DNA of 64,000 bases, from IMG/VR virus record IMGVR_UViG_3300003154_000682, positions 10,354 to 74,353 of that record. One strand, 5' to 3'. Numbering within the stretch: position 1 is the stretch's first letter; each line of letters starts with the position of its first letter. Both the position numbers and the translations under genes were made by a program. This DNA is from a virus. Under the pieces are notes generated by a model, which did no database searches, was not told the origin of the DNA, and saw nothing but the letters and a program-made list of their open reading frames with translations. Below, in pieces: positions 39,447 to 51,400 of this stretch.

Positions 39447-42400
39447 TGACTGATCCTATAGACTTAATGTCACAATGGTGGGAATACTACCAACCAGATT
39501 CCAGAGCTAATTATTCGGATATACTTTCAGGTATGAGAAGATTTGTTCCTGGTGAAATGGATTCTTTTAGTGGTGGTAAGACTGAAAAAATTGTTAATTA
39601 TCAAAAACAAACAGCGTCTTGCCAATATTGGGTAAAGGGTTTATCTGCAGTATGTGAACATTGGGATGGAGCAGCTCTAAAATGTACAGTGGACGCTCCT
39701 GATGGTAGTGTACAGCCCTCAGGATATGGTATAGAGGGCGGTTGTGATAGACTTGGAAGACGAAGCTGGTGCAGTCAGTACAAAGCCTCTGATGATGATA
39801 ATCTAGAACAGTTTGTATGTATAGCTCCGTGTATTGAAAAGAGTGGTCTTGGAAGACAAATAACAACAGAAACAAAAACTCTATTGTATAGACCTCTTAA
39901 TCCAGATGAAATCAAAGGCTATAATCCGGATGATAATGGAGTAGGGCAATGCGACGGCTGGGGTATGGGGCGGGGTGATAAAGGACCATTTAGTAGAATA
40001 GAAGATGTATATAATGTGATGCCCGTCTGCCGACATTATAGACCTCAACAAATGGGTTTTGGAGCCATACAACCGCGACCCTTCCATGGCTCTGATAAAC
40101 CTGGGAAACCTTTCGATTCGAGTGTTAATTGGCTTCCTGATGAAAAAAGACCACTACATGATGGTTCCAAAGCTGATCCTCTAACTAAGATGGAAGTTAG
40201 ACTGCCATTTATTTTTCAAATGTATAACTCTATGTCTATGTATCAAAAATGTGCACATTGGGAAGCCACCAGTCCAGCATTTTTTATAGTTGATTATATA
40301 GGTGCTGATCCAAGTATGTTTTGTATACAGATGAGCGACGAATCTTATTGTAAATGTAAAGATAGTGGTTGTAATGATTATAAGAATATAAAAGATGAAT
40401 GGACTGAAGGATTGCCTTGGTTACTAACTGGTGTGTGGGCTCCTTATGGGGGCATAGTCTGTAATGGAGCAAAACCTGAATGTCCTTGTTATTCAGGTAA
40501 ATGGATTTATTGTATAGATAATAGAATGCGTGATGGTATGAGTATAACCGCCGATCAAATATTTGAATTACGTTTTTGGGCATCAAATTGGTATAATCAA
40601 GCTGAATATGATGCTTATTATCTACAAAAGCCTGGTCCAACAAGAGGCGGTTCAGCAGATGAATCTACAGCTGATATATATACATTTACAAAATGGAAAG
40701 AGGATGCAGCTATACACGATCCGAACATGCGTATTATGGAAGGCAAACTTCATCATATGTGTATGCCTGCACCTCTCAATATGCGTGAATTCGATGTAGC
40801 AACATATATTACAAAAAAAGATTACACTTATCCTGCATTAAATACAAATACAGGTACTCATGCAGAAGGAATTAAAGCATCTTTTCCTACATTAGCTAGA
40901 GAATTGGAAGCCACTTCAAACTATACTCCAGATATTTTAGTAATATATCCATATGCTACTATAGACCCATGGTCTATTTTAGCCTGTTCTGATGAAAACC
41001 AAAAAGATTATTGTTATCATGATTCTAATCTTATGGAAGATCCACTAATATCTGTAGTAGGAAGAGCAGTTCTTAAAAAAACAGTTTATGTTATAAATAA
41101 AACTATTACTTCAAATATATCAGCAGAAGCTTTTGGATATATGAATACTTATGTAAGAGCTAATCAAATTCCCAAGACTAAACTAAGAGACTTTTCTGAA
41201 TCTATGGCATCTCTTATAAAACGTCTAGAAGAAGAAGCTACTGCTATATTTTTCTCTTCGGCTGATAATTATGGATTTTTTGAAGTTAGTAGAGTTACCC
41301 TTAAACTTAATGAACTTAATGAATTATATGTAGTATGTAAATGGAAAGATGGAGATCTACCACAATATAGCTATAGAAAAGTCAAAGTTAAGAGTAGATA
41401 TTGGGCTGGACTCATAGAACAAAAAAGTGCAGAACACACACATGAAGGAGATATATGGTATAATTATTTTCCTAATTTTTACTATCCAAGTTTTTATAAT
41501 ATATCTGGATATGTACACACTACTTTAGGAGAAGTTCAAACGGTTTTTTCTACTTATGCATTATATGAGTACGGTACCGTTATGGATATAGCTTATTATG
41601 CATATTGTATTAATGAGTATACAGAAAAAGATGAGAATGTTCAGAAGTGGGTTCAAGTAGGTGCTACTGGATATATTTGGGGAGAAATAGATAATAATGA
41701 AATTTCTTATTTATGGCCTTTTGCAATAACTAAAGCAACGATAAGTCTTAATTCTGCTAAAGATTCAAAAGACCCTGTGTACATGTGTGGCTCAAATGCC
41801 TCTAGTATTACTCTAGAAGTTGTATATCCAGAAACACTTCTATCTCCAGGAATATCTATAGATAGAAATGCTGAGATAATAAGACGTGCTATACCTCCTA
41901 ATGCCTTTCTATTAAAAGCTCCGGAACCATTACCTTTTTTCAATAAAGATTGGACATTATCTATAGAATATGCTTATCAAAGAATAGATACTTTTATGGG
42001 TGAAAAAGTGGTGTGGCCTTATAATATGGGAACTGAGTGGGGATTAAATATGTTTGCTCAGTCCCCATATCAGGTTATGCATACTGAGAATGAAAATGCA
42101 TTCCAGATAGCTGAGGTTGGAGGTCTCCAAACTAGAGGCTCGATGAAAGTTATGGCATATATTTCTGATGAAAAAAAGAGAGTACAAGCAGCTGTTTCTA
42201 CTAAACTTTTACTTCAAGGCTATAATGGTGGTTGTCGTAGCGTAGATATATTTTACAGATACTCTGTAGATGCCGCTTCATATGATTTGGAACCAGCTTA
42301 TGGATTCTTTACTTGGCGAGGAGCTCCCGTAGTGAATTCCAATTCAACTCCTGCAGTACATTCGAGAACGGCTAAATGTGGGGATCATGAATGTGCACCA

Positions 42401-45052
42401 GGAAATTGTATAGGTCCAATGTGGTTCCCTTTTAAAAACTGTACAACTGTTGAATTTTATAATATTCAAAATGGAGCAGCTGAATGCACCATGCCAATAA
42501 GTGAAGCTTCTCCTAATTTAGCTGTCATGGGGTTTGCTGGATGGCGTTATGTTATTGCAGATAGATTTAATGCTTGGGTTACTACCGGTGGAAACTGGGC
42601 GTCGTCTTGCGGTACACCTTGGTATTATCATTATAGTATGGCTGGAGACACACAACGCTTTGTTGGTTATGGGAACAAAAAAGCTAAAGTGGATAAATGG
42701 TATTACTCTTTTATGAGCTGGGCTTTACCACCATTTGGTAATAAAGGTAGAGCCTTTGTTGAAAGATATGTTACTAGAGATTTCGCCAGCTTTATTGATT
42801 TTTCCGTTCAACCTCCTAGAACCTCTTTTGAATATATGCCAATGGTATTTGATAAAGAAGATTTATTTGCAGATCTAAATCCTTTTGCAAATCCTGATGA
42901 GGCAACTCCTCTACATGAACCATTTTCCCATTTTTCAATGTTGAGTAACTATGTATCTGAATTTATTAGTGAGCAAGTTTCAAAAGAAAGATACAGATTT
43001 GATGAGATTATAGAACCAGTTTACCATGGTAATTGTATGTACCCATATCCTGTAATGGGTAGTGGACAAATGACACGTGTTATACGATATGGTTTTAAAA
43101 ATACTAGTCATGTGTGGGCTTGGCCAGAATTTTGGAAACCTTTAGAACGAAACAAAGACTCTTCTCTCGGGCAGTTCAGATTTTTAGATCTTTCAAGACC
43201 AGAATATTACTTCGACTATAATAAGGTAGAACATAGACTAATAACTGATGAAGGAAGTCATATACTAATATTTGAACCTCCTAAAAAGAGTAGTAAGAGT
43301 GGAGGGGATACGGATGATTCCGACGCATCTATTTATCCTAGTATAGCTATAGATGGTAAATATCCTAGATATTTTAAACTCTTATATGATGACTACTCCG
43401 CTGAAAATGTGGAATGGAAAGATGAAGCAACTACAGGAGAGGAAGGGGCTTCTGGTGGAGATGGTGAGGGAGAGGGCGGTAATATTTATGAATTAGCAAA
43501 TAACGGAGCAGGATTAAATGGTCTATATGTACACACTGAAGGAACACAGTGGCTACATGATTTTAATACTTTGTTTGACGCTAATGCTTCAGCTGAACCT
43601 AATGAGGAGCGTAAGGCATATCTTGGAAAAAGCATCTTCACAGGAGAAGATGTTTATCTTTATTATAATCGTGGTTTAATAGCTTTTATAGCACGTAATA
43701 GACTTAAATATCTTCCAATAGAACTTTCTGATGTGGGTCCTCCGCTACTTACAAGTGGTTACATGGGAGATAAAACGTTAGAATCTTTCTCAGGCTATTG
43801 GGAAATAGATACTGAGGAGGATATTACTGGAGTTCCTTTGCTTATTGAAGTTTCTGGATATTGGGGAAAAGCTCCTCTTTTAGATGAGGATGGAAATGAA
43901 AGTATAGCTATATATTCTATGCCCGGTATTGAAGTTATTGAAGGAGAAGGTAAGCTTACAGTGCTTGACGAGAATGGTTTTCCGGTATGGCCTGAAGATG
44001 GTAGAGCAGTTGATTCAATGAGTTATGTAACTGGAAGAGATATTTCAATTACTGGACTTACAGAATTTAAAATGGAGTTTGAGTTACCAAGAACTCCAGA
44101 TAGAATGGTTAGTTCAATAGGATATTTTATAGTTCGTTTGACTGCATATCCTACTGAAGTCCTTAACTTAACAAGTATTACTGCACAAATAGGTAAATAT
44201 GTTAGAGCAGAAGAAGAGTTGACAGTTTGGGAAAGAAGATACTATGCTGGAATAGGTTCACTTCCAGAAACAAACGCTGATGGTCCAGACTCAAAATTAT
44301 ATAGATCTTATGATAGAGATATGAAAAATGCAGGACAATACTTTCCTTTTGAGGATACATTTGAGAAAACATACTCTTCTCATGAAGATGGAACATTTTT
44401 GGATGATGAACTAACTAATTTTGAAGAGGGAGGAAAAGTTATATCCAAATTAAATATGGTGGGCTTTACTAAAATATATAGAACAGATGAAAAACTTGAT
44501 ATCACTATGGATAATTTAAAAGAGAAAGAGCTTGAACCTCAGCGTGAATTACATGAAGAGTTTTTTAATCAGGATGATCATGATACATTGAATTATGTAG
44601 GTGTGAATCATCCAGGAGTAGAGGGATGGTTGAAACAGATAAATGCTCCTATGATGCGTGCTAGTAGTTTAGCATTGACATATAAAAAGATAGATTGGGA
44701 TCACAATGAATATAAAAACATGTTGAATCAAGATGGGGAATTTATTACCCCAGGAGGTCATTATTTCATATGGTCTGATAATTTTTTTAGGACGAGATGC
44801 TATTATTTTGGTGGGATAATGAATGTCTATAAGGTGGGTTGGGTGCATGAAAGGCATGCACATGGAGGAGGACTTAATACTGAAGGAGACATAGAAACTA
44901 CGTGGGAAACTGGTATGGCATATGCTGGCTGGGGAAGATTGCATTATTATAATGGTTTATTCAATGTTCTAGGATTTTTAGGACAAAGAGATTCTATTGC
45001 AGGGCAACAGACAGGTGTTGTAACAGGGATGAATACAGATAAATATTCATAA
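39446..45052 (+). CDS. Large Cys-rich hypothetical protein, probably virion-associated (1868 aa)
   Basis: Long intact ORF with 18 Cys in 39620-40513 and a second Cys cluster near 42230-42610. No recognised family. Confidence 0.75.
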   Translation: MTDPIDLMSQWWEYYQPDSRANYSDILSGMRRFVPGEMDSFSGGKTEKIVNYQKQTASCQYWVKGLSAVCEHWDGAALKCTVDAPDGSVQPSGYGIEGGCDRLGRRSWCSQYKASDDDNLEQFVCIAPCIEKSGLGRQITTETKTLLYRPLNPDEIKGYNPDDNGVGQCDGWGMGRGDKGPFSRIEDVYNVMPVCRHYRPQQMGFGAIQPRPFHGSDKPGKPFDSSVNWLPDEKRPLHDGSKADPLTKMEVRLPFIFQMYNSMSMYQKCAHWEATSPAFFIVDYIGADPSMFCIQMSDESYCKCKDSGCNDYKNIKDEWTEGLPWLLTGVWAPYGGIVCNGAKPECPCYSGKWIYCIDNRMRDGMSITADQIFELRFWASNWYNQAEYDAYYLQKPGPTRGGSADESTADIYTFTKWKEDAAIHDPNMRIMEGKLHHMCMPAPLNMREFDVATYITKKDYTYPALNTNTGTHAEGIKASFPTLARELEATSNYTPDILVIYPYATIDPWSILACSDENQKDYCYHDSNLMEDPLISVVGRAVLKKTVYVINKTITSNISAEAFGYMNTYVRANQIPKTKLRDFSESMASLIKRLEEEATAIFFSSADNYGFFEVSRVTLKLNELNELYVVCKWKDGDLPQYSYRKVKVKSRYWAGLIEQKSAEHTHEGDIWYNYFPNFYYPSFYNISGYVHTTLGEVQTVFSTYALYEYGTVMDIAYYAYCINEYTEKDENVQKWVQVGATGYIWGEIDNNEISYLWPFAITKATISLNSAKDSKDPVYMCGSNASSITLEVVYPETLLSPGISIDRNAEIIRRAIPPNAFLLKAPEPLPFFNKDWTLSIEYAYQRIDTFMGEKVVWPYNMGTEWGLNMFAQSPYQVMHTENENAFQIAEVGGLQTRGSMKVMAYISDEKKRVQAAVSTKLLLQGYNGGCRSVDIFYRYSVDAASYDLEPAYGFFTWRGAPVVNSNSTPAVHSRTAKCGDHECAPGNCIGPMWFPFKNCTTVEFYNIQNGAAECTMPISEASPNLAVMGFAGWRYVIADRFNAWVTTGGNWASSCGTPWYYHYSMAGDTQRFVGYGNKKAKVDKWYYSFMSWALPPFGNKGRAFVERYVTRDFASFIDFSVQPPRTSFEYMPMVFDKEDLFADLNPFANPDEATPLHEPFSHFSMLSNYVSEFISEQVSKERYRFDEIIEPVYHGNCMYPYPVMGSGQMTRVIRYGFKNTSHVWAWPEFWKPLERNKDSSLGQFRFLDLSRPEYYFDYNKVEHRLITDEGSHILIFEPPKKSSKSGGDTDDSDASIYPSIAIDGKYPRYFKLLYDDYSAENVEWKDEATTGEEGASGGDGEGEGGNIYELANNGAGLNGLYVHTEGTQWLHDFNTLFDANASAEPNEERKAYLGKSIFTGEDVYLYYNRGLIAFIARNRLKYLPIELSDVGPPLLTSGYMGDKTLESFSGYWEIDTEEDITGVPLLIEVSGYWGKAPLLDEDGNESIAIYSMPGIEVIEGEGKLTVLDENGFPVWPEDGRAVDSMSYVTGRDISITGLTEFKMEFELPRTPDRMVSSIGYFIVRLTAYPTEVLNLTSITAQIGKYVRAEEELTVWERRYYAGIGSLPETNADGPDSKLYRSYDRDMKNAGQYFPFEDTFEKTYSSHEDGTFLDDELTNFEEGGKVISKLNMVGFTKIYRTDEKLDITMDNLKEKELEPQRELHEEFFNQDDHDTLNYVGVNHPGVEGWLKQINAPMMRASSLALTYKKIDWDHNEYKNMLNQDGEFITPGGHYFIWSDNFFRTRCYYFGGIMNVYKVGWVHERHAHGGGLNTEGDIETTWETGMAYAGWGRLHYYNGLFNVLGFLGQRDSIAGQQTGVVTGMNTDKYS

Positions 45053-45077
45053 ATAATATCCACAAGGAATTATAGTA

Positions 45078-45488
45078 ATGATAAATGGTATAGCTAATAA
45101 AATAGAATGCGAAATTTGTGGTGGAACATTAATGTTTTCTCCAGCATCCACCATAGATGATTATACTATAGCAGTCACTGCAGATGCTACCAATATTTTT
45201 GATAAAGTTGATGAAATTATAGGTAAGTATTTAGTTTATGAATGCTATGATTGTCATGCAAAATATAAATATACGTATAAAGAACTGGAGAAAGCTTTAC
45301 GTAAAGATTTAACACAAAGAATGTTAATGCTTGTGGTCAAAGATATGGTAGCAAGTAATACTAATATTCTCCAAAACAAATTCTTCTTTTATTGTGGAAA
45401 ATGTAATGGATATGATGGAAATGGCAGCTGTCCTAAATCTATATATAATAATTGTGAGATAAAGAGGTTTCCACTAAATGAGCCATAA
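45078..45488 (+). CDS. Multi-CxxC zinc-binding protein (136 aa)
   Basis: CEIC, CYDC, CGKC-x7-C-x6-C. Confidence 0.7.
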   Translation: MINGIANKIECEICGGTLMFSPASTIDDYTIAVTADATNIFDKVDEIIGKYLVYECYDCHAKYKYTYKELEKALRKDLTQRMLMLVVKDMVASNTNILQNKFFFYCGKCNGYDGNGSCPKSIYNNCEIKRFPLNEP

Positions 45489-48400
45489 TTTTATGAATTA
45501 TGATGGTAGTATTACTGCTTCCTCAAAATGTTTATATGACTCTAACATTGGGTTTGAAGCTGATTTTTCTAAAGATGGTGAAGTGGATGGCTGGGAATAT
45601 TTCAATGGCATCCATACATACGGTTGTTGGAATAATTTTCTTTTTGGTACTTTATATGGAGATTCAGCCGTTATTGGTAAACTTAATTCTTTTAGACCGG
45701 TGGCTGCAGAAGATTTCTATACAATTCGTATCGTTATGAAATTAAACATGGTACCACGTGTAGGAACTCAGGTCATTCCTGCTTACGGACGCGTGATGTG
45801 GCGAACTCTAGCTAATCCTAGCTGGGCTTCAGACAAGCAATATGATTTTAAAATACATAATGACACAGAATGGCATACTTACTTTATAAATATGACTGAT
45901 TCTCAATGGTGGCAAGGGGATATTAATGATTTACGAATATACCCAATTGTACAAGACGGGCGTGATGGGGATGAGTTTTATATTAGAGCTATTGAAATTT
46001 TATCAATCGATGAGTATAAATGTTTAAATGTATCATGTGATTATTATACTAGATATGAACACAACTGCCCTGGTATAGGTGAAAGAGGATATTGCAAATC
46101 CAAGGCTTTATCAGTATATGTTTTTGAAGGCACAGCACACGAATATGCTGAAGATAAATTTTATAGTGTAGAAAAAGGAGTAAATGACGTCCTTCTAATA
46201 AATATAAATGATTATGGAAATGAAAACATTGTTCTAGAACCCTTTCAAAGTTATCCTGGAAGAAGAGTAGCTAAGTTTATAGCCAAAGAATTATCTAAAT
46301 TAGATATAGGAGGATATGCTGAATGTGAAGTAACCTACACTGATAAAGGGGAGTTTATAATATATTCAGGAACGTATGCTATAGACAGTATAGTAACAAT
46401 TGGAGATACACAATTAGCTAGAGATTTAAATTTTTATAATAGTTCTGGAGAAGATATTTCAACAAGATATGTTGGGAGCTATCCAGCATCTGGTTTTCTT
46501 CCATTCTCTTCATTTAAAATTAAAACACATTTGATATATGCACTTTTGGATGCCAATGACAAGACTGAATTCTATTTTGATCCTTTTATGTATAATATTG
46601 AAGGTGGTAGGAGGGACTGGTTATCATCCGGATTAGGGACGCCATCTAAAGATGTTAGAGAGGGTGAGGGGGACGAAGCTGGATTAATAAATAGGTATTA
46701 TGATCAAATTAATAATGCTGGAAAGACCATTATAGATTTTACACACCCCATAAATGCTAGTGGTAGAATAACTAAAGTATTCGCTGGAATTACTTTAGAC
46801 CAATTTGATGGTGGAGGTTGGGAACAACGAGGAACTTTAGATGCTAAAAGAAAGAATAGTCAATTGACCAATGCTAAAATCATGTTTTTTAGACCGCAAA
46901 AAAGTGGTAATATTAAAGTCTTATCTATAGAACTTGCCATACCTAATAGACAAATAGAAGCTGGAAAACTTTATTCAGCTATACAAGAGTATGTTGAGAT
47001 TGATTGTGATATATTTTTAAATAAGGGTGATCTTATTGGTGTTTATAATGCTAATATATACCGTAGTAAAAGTGCTTCTGGTAATGAAGTAGATGCACTA
47101 TATTATCAAGTACCAGGAAAAGCTTCTGGAATACTTGAGGTTAGACAACCAAGTGGTCAGGGATCATCTGGGCTTTTACTTTATGCTAGGAGCGGTCAAA
47201 TTCAAAATAGACTATCTTTAGATGTTGATTTGGGACATAGAATAAATATTGTTGATATGAATATTGTAGGTAAGTCTGAAGAAGAAGGCTTGGTATACAA
47301 TATTGCTAGATGTTTAGATGTAAATTGGGAAGTAGATTTGTTTGGTGAGGATCACACCACTGGTTATATAGTCAGATATAGACCTCTTTTAAAAGCCTTT
47401 TATAATCATCCCAATCTTTATTATGGTAAAGATTGTTTGAACGATGGTATAAAAACGGTTCCTGATGGTCTCGCAGCAGACACATTCACTGTAAACTATG
47501 CAACTAGTTATAGTTCATATGAGGCATGTGTTCATAAGAAGAATGGAGGAAAGGGGGTAGTATTAAATGGAGCCAAATATTTTTCCGTAAATGGAGATAG
47601 CGAATGGTTGGCTGTTTATGCACTTGCTGGTATGAATTCTCCCTTTGCAGTACAAGATTTTGAAGACGATCCTATAGCATTTACATTAATATTTCCATTT
47701 GGAAAAGATAAACCAATTAATAGTACTACTATTTATTTTAAAGAAAGATATAATTTTAGGAGCTTTGCTTTATCAGTCTATAGGGGAGCATATTATACCG
47801 AAGGAAATGCTGATGATCCTAGATTCGAATTGATTCCAGAAAAAACGGATGGGACCGAAACACCTTGGAATAGCATAACTCTTGATGGACTAACCTATAC
47901 TCCCGAAGATGAGTTACGCTGGTCCAATTTAAACCTTTTTCTAGCTAAAAATCCATGTATTGGACAAGCTATAACAGAAATTTTATCTGAGGAAATCAGT
48001 TTCGATGGTCCTATGGGTGGTGGAAACTTAGCTTATTATTTTGATGCCTTAGGGGGAATACAATATTACGCTCAAGGCAAAATAATAAATAATAGACAAT
48101 ACATTCAAGCTACAAATATAGATTGGACTACGATAACTTATGAATGGCCTGCTATAAAAGCAAAGGGTTTTAGATTGTACTGTACTAATCACCAATCTAC
48201 AAAAATATGTGAGTTTGAGGTTTTTTGTGTAGTTGAAAATATAAAGTCTTCTTTAGGTGGCTCTGTAGATATAATGTATTCTGATTATGGCGATTATTGG
48301 TGGCCAGCGGAGACTACAGAAACTGATACAGGGTTAAATTCTTTTATTGGTGACACACCACAATACATAAATATAATTATAACTCCTATAACAGAAGTTA

Positions 48401-51400
48401 CTCTTAGTGATGTAACGGTGAATGTAAGTTATGATGATGTATTCATGGGAAGCAAGGGCTGCCAGCACACGTTTTTACCAATTGAAGCTAAAATGGGAGC
48501 AGAGAATACTCCACAAGTAATTCAATTTAAGAATATTTACAATAGACCATACGACTTATATGTAGATATAGCCAATGATGAACTTATAGATGAAGGCATA
48601 GCATTTTTTAGTTTAATGGATAATGAAGAATCTATAACTAATCCACTTATCGGTGCAGATGCATATTATAGAAAACATGAAGATTACCCTCTTCTTAATT
48701 ATCAAAAAAATGTAGCCATAAATTGTCCAGTTTATAAATTAAATAACTTATTAGAAGGTGCCCAAGTTTGGTATTCTCATGATAGAGAGTACTCTTGGAG
48801 ATATTGGGGACAAATTACAGATGGTAAAAATATAAATTTTTCTAATTTGCCAGCAGCAGCTATAACAACAATAAATCTACCAGTGTTAAAAAGAAGTCAG
48901 TGGTGGAAAATTGGATTCTATGACCCACGCATAGTAACAAATATAAGAGAAATACAAATTTATTATAATGGTAGCGAAATAAGTAATATTCAGTTTTATC
49001 ATCAGAAAAATCAAGATACATTCGCAACTGGAAACACAGACACAGCCCCGCATTTACAGAATAATATTGTAGATGGTAGTTACTATGTTCTAAAAGGAAA
49101 TAACGAGATAGGTTTTAAATTACCAGCTGTCCAAGAAATAGATAGAATAGTGTTATACCATGATTATCTACTTGAATACGAAAATAGTTCGGACAAAGCT
49201 GGTATAGACAGCTCTACTGCATTTTGTTTGCATGGTACCGGAGATACTTATCAGACGGATTCAATAGTAGATGTTAGTTACTATGAACATAATATATCTG
49301 TTGTAGGAAGTGGTATATATTGTGATGAAGGTTATTCGTCTGTATATTATGATTTTATACAAGATTTTTCAGATTGTGTTCCAGTCATAGAAACATTTTC
49401 TGGTATAGCTCCAGATCCTTCTACTTGGACATCGTTAGTGGGGGCATCTATTTCTAATGGTAAGTTATGTATAACAAATTCAGGAATTATCGGTCAAGCA
49501 CAAACAGTCTCTTATTTTTATAATAATTTCGATGTGAGGGTTGATCTAGATATTGTAAATGCTTATAGCGGTCAGGGATGGGGTTGTTATTTAGCTGCTA
49601 TTACAAATGATAGCAAAATAGTTAGAATAGGTAGAACGTATACTAGTAGTGCTGTTCATGTATTTATAGGACAATCTTTTGGAACCAATGGTTGGATCAA
49701 TCTTACTACTAAAACTACATCAGCTACAACAGGACTTAAATTAAAATTAGTAAGATTAGGAGAAACAACCACTTGTTACGCTTGGGATAGTAATGTATGG
49801 AATACTGTTGGAACTTCAACCGCTATAGGAACTTCTCCAGTAAGATTTATGCTTATTTCCGATTTGACTCCACTAGCTCTTGGTAAGATTACCATAGGAC
49901 AATTCGATAATTTTGAATCTGATAAAGCAGATTCGGACTGGGGAGTTAATTCAGACAATCTTTCCTATTTTACCTGTACTAGTGGAATAGGTCCTAATGG
50001 ATGGGCATATCTTTATGATACTGCAGTATGTAATTCCTGTGATGCTTCAGGTTATAAGATTCCTAGAATATATACTACACAAGATTATCCTTTAGATGAG
50101 GGTTTTGCATTTGTCTTTGATTTCACTTTTCAAACCAATACTTTTAAAACATATTCTGGTGCGGATGATACTGGAAATACTATTGGTGTAGCTGTAGGAT
50201 TGCTAGGACGACATGTTAATAACCAATCTTATTATTATACCTGGCAAAAATATTTTACCGGAGCACAGATAATTTTAAAAAGAGATAATATTGGTATAGG
50301 AATAAGAAATGATTACACAGATGGTGCTGATGCTTATACCACTTTAAATACCAGAGCAAGTATTTATTACTGTAGATTTACAAGTGATGGTCTTGGTAAT
50401 TATCACTGTTATGTTTGGACTGATAGTTTTGGTGGCTCTACTAAGGTAGCTGATTTTGGTTTGAATAGTAATGTAACTTGGCAAGCATACAAAATTGGTG
50501 TTGGTTCAGGTTGTAATAATGATGCTCAATATAATACATCAGTAGGAAGAGCCACAGGGTGGGTATCTGATTTCGATTTTCAATGCGATAAAATATCTGC
50601 TAATCATATTCTACATAATAGTTCAGTCAAATTCAGCGGTTTTTCTGGAGAAAAACTTCTAGTTGCCTATAATAATAGTCCTAAGTGTAATATAGTTAAA
50701 GAAGGTTTTTATTTTGATACAAAAAGATTTACTTTTGACTTTTTCATAAAATTTAATACTCTTCCAGTTAATGATGGGGATAAAATATTTCTATTTAAAT
50801 GTTGGGATAATAATCACCCACTAATTGATAGTACAGTTATTACAGCTCCATGTTCCTGGGCATTTACTATAGAACGTGTGTCTGGTGGATATAGATGGAG
50901 ATTCTATATAAATAGTTCTAATGTCTGTCGAATGATTATGGATTGGGCTTTCTATCCAGATTTACATAGATGGTACCACTTTTTACTAACTAGAGGTCCA
51001 GAAAATAGTGCGTCATATATAGTTTTATTAAGAAATGGACATCAAGTATTTCTAAGTGGTAGTAGTAGCTATACGGATGATGCTGTACTTTATTCCGGTT
51101 TAGATATAGTTATGGGACAAAATTTGGATGGTTGGATGGAAGAAGTTAGAATATCTTCTGATTATACTAAGGGCGGTGCCCGTTGTAACTATACTAGTTA
51201 TTATTATACATTGTGTAAAGCCGTACCTATTAAACAATATGAACGTTATTATACCATGGTAATATATGATAGCTCTGATAATATAAATTATGGGGTACAG
51301 ATGTATGCGGATGTTATGTTTGATAATAGTTATAGTTATCATGAACCATTTAGTGTATGGAGTGCACAGTATTATACTTATCTTGCCATAGATTTTGGAC

